A stretch of DNA of 59,787 nucleotides from Minisyncoccota bacterium (lineage in GTDB: Bacteria > Patescibacteriota > Minisyncoccia > JAHIHE01 > JAGLIN01), in assembly GCA_028691985.1 (NCBI GenBank), contig JAQUYG010000004.1, positions 1 through 59,787 on the forward strand, given 5' to 3'. Positions 36,507 to 44,686 of this stretch are shown piece by piece; positions within the stretch are counted from its first letter, which is position 1; each line of letters begins with the position of its first letter. The position numbers and the translations under genes are program-made. Below the pieces are notes generated by a model. The model was not told where the DNA came from. It worked only from the letters and a program-made list of their open reading frames with translations, and did not search any database.

Positions 36507-37982
36507 TTATCCCAATTTTTTCTTCAACAATTCCTCCGCCACTTTCGGATTAGCCTGTCCCTTACTCTCTTTCATCACCTGTCCGATCAAGAATTGGAGC
36601 GCGTTGCCTTTCCCGTTCTTATAGTCATCAATGGACTTCTGATTGTTCACGATGATCGCATCCACAATCTTTTCGATCTCACCCTCGTCTGTCATTTGCG
36701 TCAGTCCTTTAGCATCCAGAATATCGGAAGGATCTCCGCCGGTATCGAACATCTCTTTAAGTAGCGCCTGCGCGCCGGAACTAGAAACTCTACCTTCGTA
36801 AATAAGAGTAATAAACTCCGCAAAATTTTCTTTTGTAATTCTACAGTCACACACTGCGGTTCCACTTAAATATAGAAGTTTTTGAAGCTCGGTGAGAACA
36901 TAATTAGCAGTCAGTTTAGTAAGTTTTTGGATCGCATTATTATCGATATTCTTAGCTTCCACCCACGCCTCAAGCTCAGAAATAACTTCTTCAAACCCGT
37001 TGGCCAAATCAAAATCTTCCGAAAATATCCTGGCATTCTCCTCCGAGAGTCCATATTGATCCATCAATCGATATTTTTTCTGTAGCGGCAATTCTGGGAG
37101 AGAATTTCTGAGCGCCTCGACATCGAACACGCCCGCCTCTTTTGTAAGATCCATCGGCGGCAAGTCCGGCTCTGGGAAATAACGATAATCATGTGCGGAT
37201 TCCTTTTTACGCTGAGTAAAAGTGATCTGTTTATCCGCATTCCAACCGCGAGTCTCCTGCACAATCTCTCCGCCATCATTCAAAACTTCTGTCTGCCTCT
37301 TGATTTCATACTCGATTGCCCGCTCCACTGCACGGAAAGAGTTCAAATTTTTTACCTCCACTTTAGTCCCGAATTCTTCCCTGCCCACGGGACGAAGACT
37401 GATATTTGCCTCGCATCTCATATGTCCCTTTTCCATATCCCCATCAGCAACGCCAATTGCTCGAATAATCTGCTGAAGTTGTTTACAAAAATCCTTAGCA
37501 TCCGCCGAAGACCGCAAATCCGCTTCCGTAACTAACTCAGCCAAGGGCACACTCGAACGGTTCAGATCCACGAGAGAATATCCCGCACCAGCCGGATGAA
37601 CCAGCTTGCCAGTATCTTCCTCCATATGGATACGGTTGACTCGGATTTTTTTGCCATTCACTTCCAAAAATCCATTCTTGCAAAGAGGCAAATCGTATTG
37701 CGTCACCTGATAACCCTTCGGCAAATCAGGATAAAAATAGTTCTTACGATCAAATTTAGAAAAGGTGGCGATTTCACAATTGACTGCCAGTCCCGCCTTG
37801 ATCACACTCTCGATTGCCCGCTTATTGATAGTCGGCAGTGTCCCCGGATGCCCCATACAAATCGGACAGACATTTTTATTGGGAATTACTTCCTCCGGAT
37901 TGTTCGTACAGCTACAGAACATCTTTGATGCCGTATTGATTTCGAAATGAATTTCCATCCCGATTACCACTTCATATTCCAT
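36507..37982 (-). CDS. gatB: Asp/Glu-tRNA(Asn/Gln) amidotransferase subunit B
   Basis: 491-aa ORF: MEYEVVIGMEIHFEI, DRKNYFYPDLPKGYQVTQ, C-terminal YqeY-like domain. Confidence 0.93.
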   Translation of the reverse strand: MEYEVVIGMEIHFEINTASKMFCSCTNNPEEVIPNKNVCPICMGHPGTLPTINKRAIESVIKAGLAVNCEIATFSKFDRKNYFYPDLPKGYQVTQYDLPLCKNGFLEVNGKKIRVNRIHMEEDTGKLVHPAGAGYSLVDLNRSSVPLAELVTEADLRSSADAKDFCKQLQQIIRAIGVADGDMEKGHMRCEANISLRPVGREEFGTKVEVKNLNSFRAVERAIEYEIKRQTEVLNDGGEIVQETRGWNADKQITFTQRKKESAHDYRYFPEPDLPPMDLTKEAGVFDVEALRNSLPELPLQKKYRLMDQYGLSEENARIFSEDFDLANGFEEVISELEAWVEAKNIDNNAIQKLTKLTANYVLTELQKLLYLSGTAVCDCRITKENFAEFITLIYEGRVSSSGAQALLKEMFDTGGDPSDILDAKGLTQMTDEGEIEKIVDAIIVNNQKSIDDYKNGKGNALQFLIGQVMKESKGQANPKVAEELLKKKLG

Positions 37983-38049
37983 ATTTTTAATCCTACCTGA
38001 TTAAATTTTTCCAACTTTTCTTATAATATTCAAATTTCTCATTAAACTC

Positions 38050-38532
38050 TTATTTAGAGGTTATTTTCGCTATACCGAATTCACTCATCTCATCAACAAG
38101 TAACCCGTGTACCCCAAGCTCCTCTCCCTCTTCCGCCATTTTCTCTATTTTCAATATCTTACCGTAACCTTTCGTGTAATTCAGTAGAATTTTCACATCA
38201 TCATTTTTATATTCCAGACGATTTCTCTGCCATTCTATTTCAATTTCATATCCGAGACCTCGAAAAAACTCTATCATATTATCAAAATCCCCTCTTCCAA
38301 TCTTAATCTCAAACTCTTTACGAGAATCATCGTGAATTTTACCTTCTTTCAAAATAACAAATGCCTCCGTTTCATTCTTGCGCATTCGCAGGTCTTTCTC
38401 TCCTGAAAAATAGACAGTGACTTCTTTCAACTCTTTAACAAATTTATAACTCTTATCTAGAATATTTTTAATATTTTCGAACTGCTTATCATCTACAAAG
38501 CTCCGCACCTCGACTTCAATATTTTTGCTCAT
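38050..38532 (-). CDS. CYTH-domain protein (CyaB / triphosphate tunnel metalloenzyme-like)
   Basis: 160-aa ORF starting NIEVEVRSF (the ExExK-type motif) with alternating charged beta strands (EFEIKIG, YEIEIEWQR). Confidence 0.6.
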   Translation of the reverse strand: MSKNIEVEVRSFVDDKQFENIKNILDKSYKFVKELKEVTVYFSGEKDLRMRKNETEAFVILKEGKIHDDSRKEFEIKIGRGDFDNMIEFFRGLGYEIEIEWQRNRLEYKNDDVKILLNYTKGYGKILKIEKMAEEGEELGVHGLLVDEMSEFGIAKITSK

Positions 38533-38728
38533 AAATGACTATCACTATTCTACAAATATTTTAGCATTTTTTGCCTTGATTGTCATACCTCTCTCCGCGT
38601 ATTTCATTCCGAAATCCGTGTAACAGATACCCAGTACACAAAAATTCCAGATATTCCACCATAACGAAATTCCGAAATGATAAATAAAAACTTAAACGAA
38701 TTTTAAATCAAAAAACTATATGCCTCGT

Positions 38729-38760
38729 CCACTCTCCTGTGGGAGAGGGTTAGGGTGAGG
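38729..38760. repeat. Family-3 short repeat, intergenic copy
   Basis: CCACTCTCCTGTGGGAGAGGGTTAGGGTGAGG: the hairpin CTCTCC-TGTG-GGAGAG plus a GGTTAGGGTGAGG tail. Confidence 0.65.
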
Positions 38761-38809
38761 AAAAATAAACGCCGTATTCTAACCTTATATCTAATACCTA
38801 TCGGCTTTT

Positions 38810-40618
38810 TTAAGCCTTTCTTAATTTGATATGCACCTCCCTGAGTTGCATCTCGTCAACCTCTGCCGGACTGTCCATCATCAGGTCCTTGCCTTTTCCG
38901 TCTTTCGGGAAGGCATAAATATCACGGATAGAATCCATATCATTAAGTACCATAAAAAATCTATCCACTCCGATGGCACAACCTCCATGTGGTGGCGCGC
39001 CATACTGAAAAGCCTTGATCATTCCACCAAACCGCGCTTCCACCGTTTCCTTGCCATATCCTGCAATCTCAAACGCCTTATACATTGTCTCCGGTTCATG
39101 ATTTCGTATAGCGCCGCTCAACGACTCAAAACCATTAAACACAATATCATATTGAAAACCAAAAATATCCAGAGGCTTCTCAGTATTAAGCGCGTCAAGT
39201 CCTCCTTGCGGCATCGAGAAAGGATTATGTTCAAAATCGATTCTCCCCTTCTCAATTTCAGACTCGGAGAACATCGGGAAATCAACAATCCAACAAAAAG
39301 CGCCTTTCGTCTTATCTTTAAGCCCGAGCCTCAGTCCACATTCGTTTCGCACCGCGCCCAAAGCGTCACAGACAGTTCTCCATTCATCAGCACCGAAGAA
39401 AATAATATCCCCAAACCTTGCATCAACTGCTCCGACAATGTTTCTTGCCAGATCTTCTCCCAAAAATTTCACGATCGGCGATTGCATTTCCCCCTCTTCC
39501 TTAAGTACAATATATGCCAAGCCCTTGGCACCCTTGCCTTTTGCAATTTCTGTCAACTCATCGATTTCCTTACGCGAAAACTTCGCCCCGCCGTCAACTT
39601 TAAGAGCATGCACGACTCCGCCTTTTGCCGCCACATCTGCAAATACACCGAAACCACAACCAGAAATCATCTCTGTTATCGGTTTTATTTCCATATCAAA
39701 ACGAAGGTCAGGCTTATCAATTCCATATTTGTTCATTGAATCCTTCCAAGAGATTCTCCTGAACCTTCCGTTCTCGTCCAACCCCACCAATTTTTTGTCA
39801 CTGAATTTTTCTACCAACTCCAAAAAAAGCGGCTCCATTACATCAAAGACATCTTCCTGCTCAACAAAACTCATCTCCATATCAAGTTGATAAAATTCTC
39901 CATAAGCCCGATCCATACGCGGATCCTCATCACGAAAACAAGGCGCAATCTGGAAATATTTATCAGTCCCCCCCACCATTAAAAGCTGCTTGAACTGCTG
40001 CGGAGCTTGTGGCAAGGCATAAAATTTTCCAGGATAAAGTCGCGAAGGAATCAAAAAATCCCGTGCCCCTTCCGGAGAAGAGTTGGCCAAAATCGGAGTC
40101 TGAACCTCCACAAAATCTTTTTCCTGGAAATATTTACGGATAGTTTGAAAATATAAATCTTTGGCGCGAAGCATTTCCTGCATTTTTTTTCTGCGAAGAT
40201 CAACGAAGCGGTATTCCAAACGGAGTTCTTCTTTCACATCTTTTGCTTTGTCCACACCTTCAATTTCCGCCACTTCAAAAGGAGGCACTTTCGATCGAGA
40301 AAGTATGTCGATTTTTTCCGCCTCAACTTCAATCTCGCCAGTCACAAGCTTCTCGTTTTTCATATCCGCCGGACGAAGAACAACTTTTCCCTCGACCCTC
40401 ACAACAAACTCGCTACGGATTTCATCAGCCATTTTCCAAGCCTCTTCTGAAATTTTGGGATCAAAAGTGACCTGAGTCAAACCATAACAATCTCGAAGAT
40501 CAATAAATATAACACCTCCATGGTCACGCCTAGTATTCACCCAGCCCGAAAGGGTTACGCGCTTATTTTCATCTTCCTTACGCAATTCACTACAATGATG
40601 AGTCCTGTATTTTTGCAT
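38810..40618 (-). CDS. aspS: Aspartyl-tRNA synthetase
   Basis: 602-aa ORF: OB-fold N-terminus (VTLSGWVNTRRDHGGVIFIDLRD) and class II motifs FRDEDPR and GGCAIGVDR. Confidence 0.95.
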   Translation of the reverse strand: MQKYRTHHCSELRKEDENKRVTLSGWVNTRRDHGGVIFIDLRDCYGLTQVTFDPKISEEAWKMADEIRSEFVVRVEGKVVLRPADMKNEKLVTGEIEVEAEKIDILSRSKVPPFEVAEIEGVDKAKDVKEELRLEYRFVDLRRKKMQEMLRAKDLYFQTIRKYFQEKDFVEVQTPILANSSPEGARDFLIPSRLYPGKFYALPQAPQQFKQLLMVGGTDKYFQIAPCFRDEDPRMDRAYGEFYQLDMEMSFVEQEDVFDVMEPLFLELVEKFSDKKLVGLDENGRFRRISWKDSMNKYGIDKPDLRFDMEIKPITEMISGCGFGVFADVAAKGGVVHALKVDGGAKFSRKEIDELTEIAKGKGAKGLAYIVLKEEGEMQSPIVKFLGEDLARNIVGAVDARFGDIIFFGADEWRTVCDALGAVRNECGLRLGLKDKTKGAFCWIVDFPMFSESEIEKGRIDFEHNPFSMPQGGLDALNTEKPLDIFGFQYDIVFNGFESLSGAIRNHEPETMYKAFEIAGYGKETVEARFGGMIKAFQYGAPPHGGCAIGVDRFFMVLNDMDSIRDIYAFPKDGKGKDLMMDSPAEVDEMQLREVHIKLRKA

Positions 40619-40778
40619 AAAATTCGTTTATTTCTTAGGTTTTTTAGTATATAAAAACTCCACTTTTATCTAATAAGTATTTACAAAATAACCTATTAAA
40701 TAAAAATAGAGTTTAAAATCGATTATTACTATCTCTTGAAAATTCCACAAAATTCCTTCATAAACTGATTACTTTTCC

Positions 40779-40807
40779 ATAATAACGCCAAAATAAGGGA
40801 AAGTCAA
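40779..40807 (-). promoter_or_regulatory. Promoter P1 for aspS
   Basis: On the minus strand: TTGACT (40807-40802), 17 nt, TATTAT (40784-40779). Confidence 0.55.
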
Positions 40808-40819
40808 CAAAAAACAGCC
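40803..40819. repeat. 17-bp direct repeat, copy 1 (GTCAACAAAAAACAGCC)
   Basis: Identical to 40923-40939. On the minus strand it reads GGCTGTTTTTTGTTGAC, i.e. a mini-hairpin tail, a T-run and a -35 box. Confidence 0.8.
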
Positions 40820-40845
40820 GTCAGGCCAATTTGAAAAAATTTTTA

Positions 40846-40877
40846 GGAAGTTGATCTTTTTTAACAAATCAACTTCC
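40846..40877 (-). other. 10-bp perfect hairpin between the two repeated promoter modules
   Basis: GGAAGTTGAT (40846-55) pairs with ATCAACTTCC (40868-77), with a 12-nt loop. Confidence 0.6.
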
Positions 40878-40922
40878 AAAAGAAAATAGGGGCAGCCTTA
40901 CTTTATCATAAAAAAATAATTT

Positions 40923-40939
40923 GTCAACAAAAAACAGCC
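40923..40939. repeat. 17-bp direct repeat, copy 2
   Basis: Identical to 40803-40819. It carries the -35 box TTGACA of a second promoter-like module (P2). Confidence 0.8.
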
Positions 40940-41039
40940 TAAGCTGAAGAAATTAAACGCAATACCGCTTATTTTAGACATCAAAGATTCTCCTCGTACA
41001 ACCTTATACATGATATATAAAAATCACACTTAACACTTA

Positions 41040-41132
41040 TCCAGAAAATATGGTGTGATAGGAGCTTTTCCTGTTCCGCCCATTCTTTTCCGTTTTTTAG
41101 GTAGAGAATAGCAGAATCAGCCCCTATCACAC
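41040..41132 (-). ncRNA. Long rod-like hairpin downstream of argS: terminator or candidate small RNA
   Basis: 14-bp closing stem GUGUGAUAGGGGCU / AGCUCCUAUCACAC. One pair is G-U only on the minus-strand transcript. Inner helices are UUCUG/CAGGA and CUAUUCU/AGAAUGG. A U-rich tail CAUAUUUUCU follows. TTGACT-17-TAAGAT lies immediately upstream (41165-41137). Confidence 0.35.
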
Positions 41133-41171
41133 TGATATCTTATCTTTAAACAAGCCCGTAGTCAATATCGT

Positions 41172-42917
41172 TTACATTCTCTCCAATACATCGATCCCAA
41201 GAATTTCCAAACCGTTTTTGATGACGATGCCGACCGCATCCGAAAGAGCGATTCTGGCACGCCCCAAATCTTTGTCTGCCTTCAAAATCGGAAGTGAATT
41301 ATAAAAAACATTATAACCTGATGCCAGATTGTAGACATAAAGCGCGACCAAATGAGGACTGTTTTCCGAAGCGGCGTTTTCAATCGCCTCTGAATATTTA
41401 ATAAGTTGCCTCAAGACATCTCTTTCCGCCTCCTCTTTCAAAAGTTCCATATTCGGTCTTTTGAAAGGAATCAGAAAATCTAGCTTATTCTCTTTCTTAT
41501 ATTTTTCTCTCAAAGAGTTGATTCGAGCATAAGTATATTGTAGATAGGGTGCGCTATTCCCATCAAAAGAAAGCATCTTTTCCCAATTGAAAGCGATATC
41601 GGTCATCCTGTTTTGCGAAAGATCATTATATTTTACAGCCCCGACCCCCACCGTCCTGGCAATCTTCTTCTTCTCCTTCTGGCTCAAGCTTGGATTTTTC
41701 TCCTCAACGACCCTTTTTGCAATCTCCACCGCCCTAGATATAAGCTCCTCAAGTCGCACCGTGTCCCCTTTTCTTGTCGAGAATTTCTTGCCAGCCTCTC
41801 CCAACACCATACCGAATTTTATATGTTTCATTTCCACATCATCACAATATCCCAGAAGCTCGACTGTCTTAATAAGCTGCTCGAAATGGAGAGCTTGCTC
41901 ATTTGAAACTACATACAAAATTTTATCCGCTTTAAATTTTTCCTTGCGATATTTTGCCGCCGCCAAATCGGTAGTGGTATAAAGATAAGCTCCATCACTT
42001 TTCTGAATCAAAAAAGGTGGCAGTCTGAATTTATCAAGGTTCACGATGACCGCGCCTTCACTTTTCTGTGCAATATTTTTTTCCATCGCCTCCTCAACAA
42101 TCCCCTTGAGATTATCGTTATAAAAACTCTCGCCCAAAGTATAATCAAATTTCACATTCAACATTTTATAAGTCTTGCCAGCGTCTTTGAGGCTTTCTCT
42201 CACTAAAAATTTCCATATTTTAGTGTTTTCGTCGTCTCCATTCTGCAATTTCTTCGTTTCCTCACGCGCCAAATCTTCCAAAATCTTATTTTCTTCCGCT
42301 TCCTTATGAAAACGGACATAAAGCTTGGTCATCTCTTCAATCGGATCCCTGGCAATAATTTTCTTATTCCCCCAATTTTTATAAGCATAAATCATCTTGC
42401 CGAATTGTGTCCCCCAGTCTCCGATGTGATTATCGCCGATGACTTTATACCCCAAACTTTCATAGATATTATAAAGCGCTTGTCCTATAATCGTAGAACG
42501 CAAATGCCCGACATGCATCGGCTTAGCGATATTGATTGAGGAATAATCCACTATTACTGTCTTGCCCTCGCCAACCTTTTCCTTACCGAACTTTTCTTTT
42601 TTATCCAAAACCTCCAACACATTTTCAAAAAGCTTCTCATCGCTGATATAAAAATTAACGAATCCCGGTCCAGCGATTTCCACTTTACTGAAAATTTTCA
42701 TATATTCCGCATCTTTCGATACTTCTGCGACGATTTCCTCAGCAATCTCACGCGGATTCTTACTTAATCTCTTCGAAAGCACCATCGCCGCATTCGAGGA
42801 ATAATCCCCATTATCCTTCTGTTTCGGATTTTCCACCTCCAAATTCATCTCCTTTAAATCACCCCATTTCTGAAGCACAATATTATAGATTATCATCTCT
42901 ATCTCTCTTTTTATCAT
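41172..42917 (-). CDS. argS: Arginyl-tRNA synthetase
   Basis: 581-aa ORF: HIGH-type SINIAKPMHVGHLRS, an MSTR-like FSTRKG, and a C-terminal DALR anticodon-binding domain. Confidence 0.93.
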   Translation of the reverse strand: MIKREIEMIIYNIVLQKWGDLKEMNLEVENPKQKDNGDYSSNAAMVLSKRLSKNPREIAEEIVAEVSKDAEYMKIFSKVEIAGPGFVNFYISDEKLFENVLEVLDKKEKFGKEKVGEGKTVIVDYSSINIAKPMHVGHLRSTIIGQALYNIYESLGYKVIGDNHIGDWGTQFGKMIYAYKNWGNKKIIARDPIEEMTKLYVRFHKEAEENKILEDLAREETKKLQNGDDENTKIWKFLVRESLKDAGKTYKMLNVKFDYTLGESFYNDNLKGIVEEAMEKNIAQKSEGAVIVNLDKFRLPPFLIQKSDGAYLYTTTDLAAAKYRKEKFKADKILYVVSNEQALHFEQLIKTVELLGYCDDVEMKHIKFGMVLGEAGKKFSTRKGDTVRLEELISRAVEIAKRVVEEKNPSLSQKEKKKIARTVGVGAVKYNDLSQNRMTDIAFNWEKMLSFDGNSAPYLQYTYARINSLREKYKKENKLDFLIPFKRPNMELLKEEAERDVLRQLIKYSEAIENAASENSPHLVALYVYNLASGYNVFYNSLPILKADKDLGRARIALSDAVGIVIKNGLEILGIDVLERM

Positions 42918-43057
42918 ATCAATTTAACATTTACTTCTTACATATTCAGCCTAACACAAAACCAATTTTTGCTCAATAAAAAAGGAAGCTCTAATGAACC
43001 TCCGCGCGGCAAGCTGTTGCGGTATCAAAGGTCAGAAATCAAAGAGCTTAAGTTGTT

Positions 43058-43105
43058 TTACATCTTCGCGCCGCCCTTGATTGACAACATATTTCCGTAT
43101 AACAT
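43058..43105 (-). other. 15-codon mini-ORF (MLYGNMLSIKGGAKM) behind the strongest Shine-Dalgarno motif in the window
   Basis: On the minus strand: AAGGAGGT (43120-43113), 7 nt, ATG (43105). It lies about 140 nt upstream of argS. Confidence 0.3.
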
Positions 43106-43128
43106 CTCGATTACCTCCTTTTTTTCGT

Positions 43129-43323
43129 TTAATGTCTCTCCTGATTACGACTCGGCGGAAGTCTCCTTTTCAAAAAGATTACTTCTCTATTCCCTTTAAA
43201 TTCAAAAATTCCTTTCAACCCTTCTTCTCCAGATTTTTTCCCGATTTCAACTTCTCTTTCTTCCAGACTCATCTGGCTAAATCTGATTCTCTCAGCAGCC
43301 TCCTGTTCTGCCAATCTGGACAA
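43129..43323 (-). CDS. Hypothetical small charged protein (64 aa from TTG, or 47 aa from the internal ATG)
   Basis: The ORF is preceded by a G8 tract and a TTGACA box at 43415-43410 (minus strand). No family recognised. Confidence 0.3.
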   Translation of the reverse strand: MSRLAEQEAAERIRFSQMSLEEREVEIGKKSGEEGLKGIFEFKGNREVIFLKRRLPPSRNQERH

Positions 43324-43492
43324 TTACCCCCCCCACCTCACTATCCTCTACTACAAGAGAATCACAATATGTTCTATATTATACGCAAAAAGTCTAATTC
43401 TGGATTATTTTTTTGTCAAAAATGCTAAACTGGATCTCGCCTCTATCGTCCTAGCCTTACCAAACATTATTTTCACTATAAATCACCTCTTT

Positions 43493-43533
43493 GTCATTCT
43501 GAGCGAAGCGACAGCGGAGTCGAAGAATTCCTC
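43493..43533. repeat. Family-2 repeat copy, half element
   Basis: GTCATTCTGAGCGAAGCGACAGCGGAGTCGAAGAATTCCTC. Confidence 0.7.
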
Positions 43534-43694
43534 CACTACCACTCGGACTCATATCATACAATTTTAATAGAATAAAGAGATTCCTAGACAAGCTCAAAAT
43601 GACAAAAAATATTGCTAAGAGAAATAACTTCCAGAACATTGGCATTATTTAATTCCGACATTCAAATTACCAGCGCGCAAAAAAATATCATCAA

Positions 43695-43722
43695 TCAAAA
43701 AACCGCAGACAAATCCGCGGCC
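43695..43722 (-). terminator. Possible terminator after tRNA-Lys
   Basis: Imperfect GC-rich hairpin CCGCGG-ATTTGT-CTGCGG followed by TTTTTT on the minus strand. Confidence 0.45.
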
Positions 43723-43731
43723 TTTCTTGGG

Positions 43732-43804
43732 TGGGACGTACAGGGCTCGAACCTGTGACCCTCAGCTTAAAAGGCTGCTGCTCTACCAACTGAGCTAACG
43801 TCCC
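43732..43804 (-). tRNA. tRNA-Lys (anticodon TTT), CCA not encoded
   Basis: The reverse complement is GGGACGT-TA-GCTC-AGTTGGTA-GAGC-A-GCAGC-CTTTTAA-GCTGA-GGGTC-ACAGG-TTCGAGC-CCTGT-ACGTCCC-A. It closely parallels E. coli tRNA-Lys. Confidence 0.9.
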
Positions 43805-43895
43805 AAAGGTTTGACTGCTTTTTGAAATTTTCGCAGTCAAAACACCTACTCTTTATATCACAACATAAAAAACTTGGCAATACTTTTAGACAAGA

Positions 43896-44654
43896 CTATT
43901 CTTTCCCCTTACCGAAACCTTCAAAAGCTCTCAGAATCTCAAGCGGAACCGCAAAAATGACCGTATTGGATTGATCCGAACTTAAATCATTAATAGACTG
44001 CAAAGTCCTAAGATGAAGGGCGCCGGGAGCACTAGCGAGCATATTTGCAGCTTTGGACATATTTTCCGCCGCACACACTTCTCCTTCCGCCTTAATAATA
44101 ACCGCTCTTTTTTCCCTTTCCGCCTCCGCCTGTTTAGCAATCGTTCTTTTCATATCCTCAGGAAGTTCAATGTGCTTCAAATCAACCGAAACAATCTTAA
44201 TCCCCCATGGATCGGTGGCTTTATCAACGATTTCCTGGATACGATCAGAAATGACATCTCTTTTCGAAAGAAGTTCGTCCAAAGTTACCTCTCCGACGAC
44301 ATCTCTCATGGTGGTCTGCGCCAGCTGAGAAACTGCATAATTAAAATTCTCCACTTTTATAATAGCAATTTCTGCCGCTTGCACCTTGTAATACAAAACA
44401 GCGTTAACATTGACAGAAACATTATCTCTGGTTATCGCATCCTGATCCGGAACATCAACCGCTTTGACTCTGATATCCACTTTCTGATAAGACTGGATCA
44501 CCGGCAAAACAATTCTCCATCCCGGCTCCATTATCCCGTCGTATTTTCCCAAAAGAAACCTAACCCCTCTTTCGTACTCATTTATCTGTTTAATGCTGTA
44601 CGCGAGCAGAAAGCCCAAAACGATAAAAAGATTAAAGAACAAGATTTCAAACAT
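43896..44654 (-). CDS. SPFH/band-7 (stomatin-like, slipin) membrane protein
   Basis: 252-aa ORF: N-terminal TM segment, EYERGVRFLLGKY, and the coiled-coil AEAEREKRAVIIKAEGE. Confidence 0.85.
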   Translation of the reverse strand: MFEILFFNLFIVLGFLLAYSIKQINEYERGVRFLLGKYDGIMEPGWRIVLPVIQSYQKVDIRVKAVDVPDQDAITRDNVSVNVNAVLYYKVQAAEIAIIKVENFNYAVSQLAQTTMRDVVGEVTLDELLSKRDVISDRIQEIVDKATDPWGIKIVSVDLKHIELPEDMKRTIAKQAEAEREKRAVIIKAEGEVCAAENMSKAANMLASAPGALHLRTLQSINDLSSDQSNTVIFAVPLEILRAFEGFGKGKE

Positions 44655-44686
44655 ATTTTTATGTTAAAAAATAAATGATATCCTAT

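Noticed and set aside
41040-41132. The rod-like hairpin as 4.5S/SRP RNA
   Set aside because: It is a long hairpin of about the right size. However, it lacks the conserved domain IV features, namely a GNRA (GGAA) apical tetraloop closed by the symmetric and asymmetric loops with AGCA. Its apex is an 18-nt A-rich loop.
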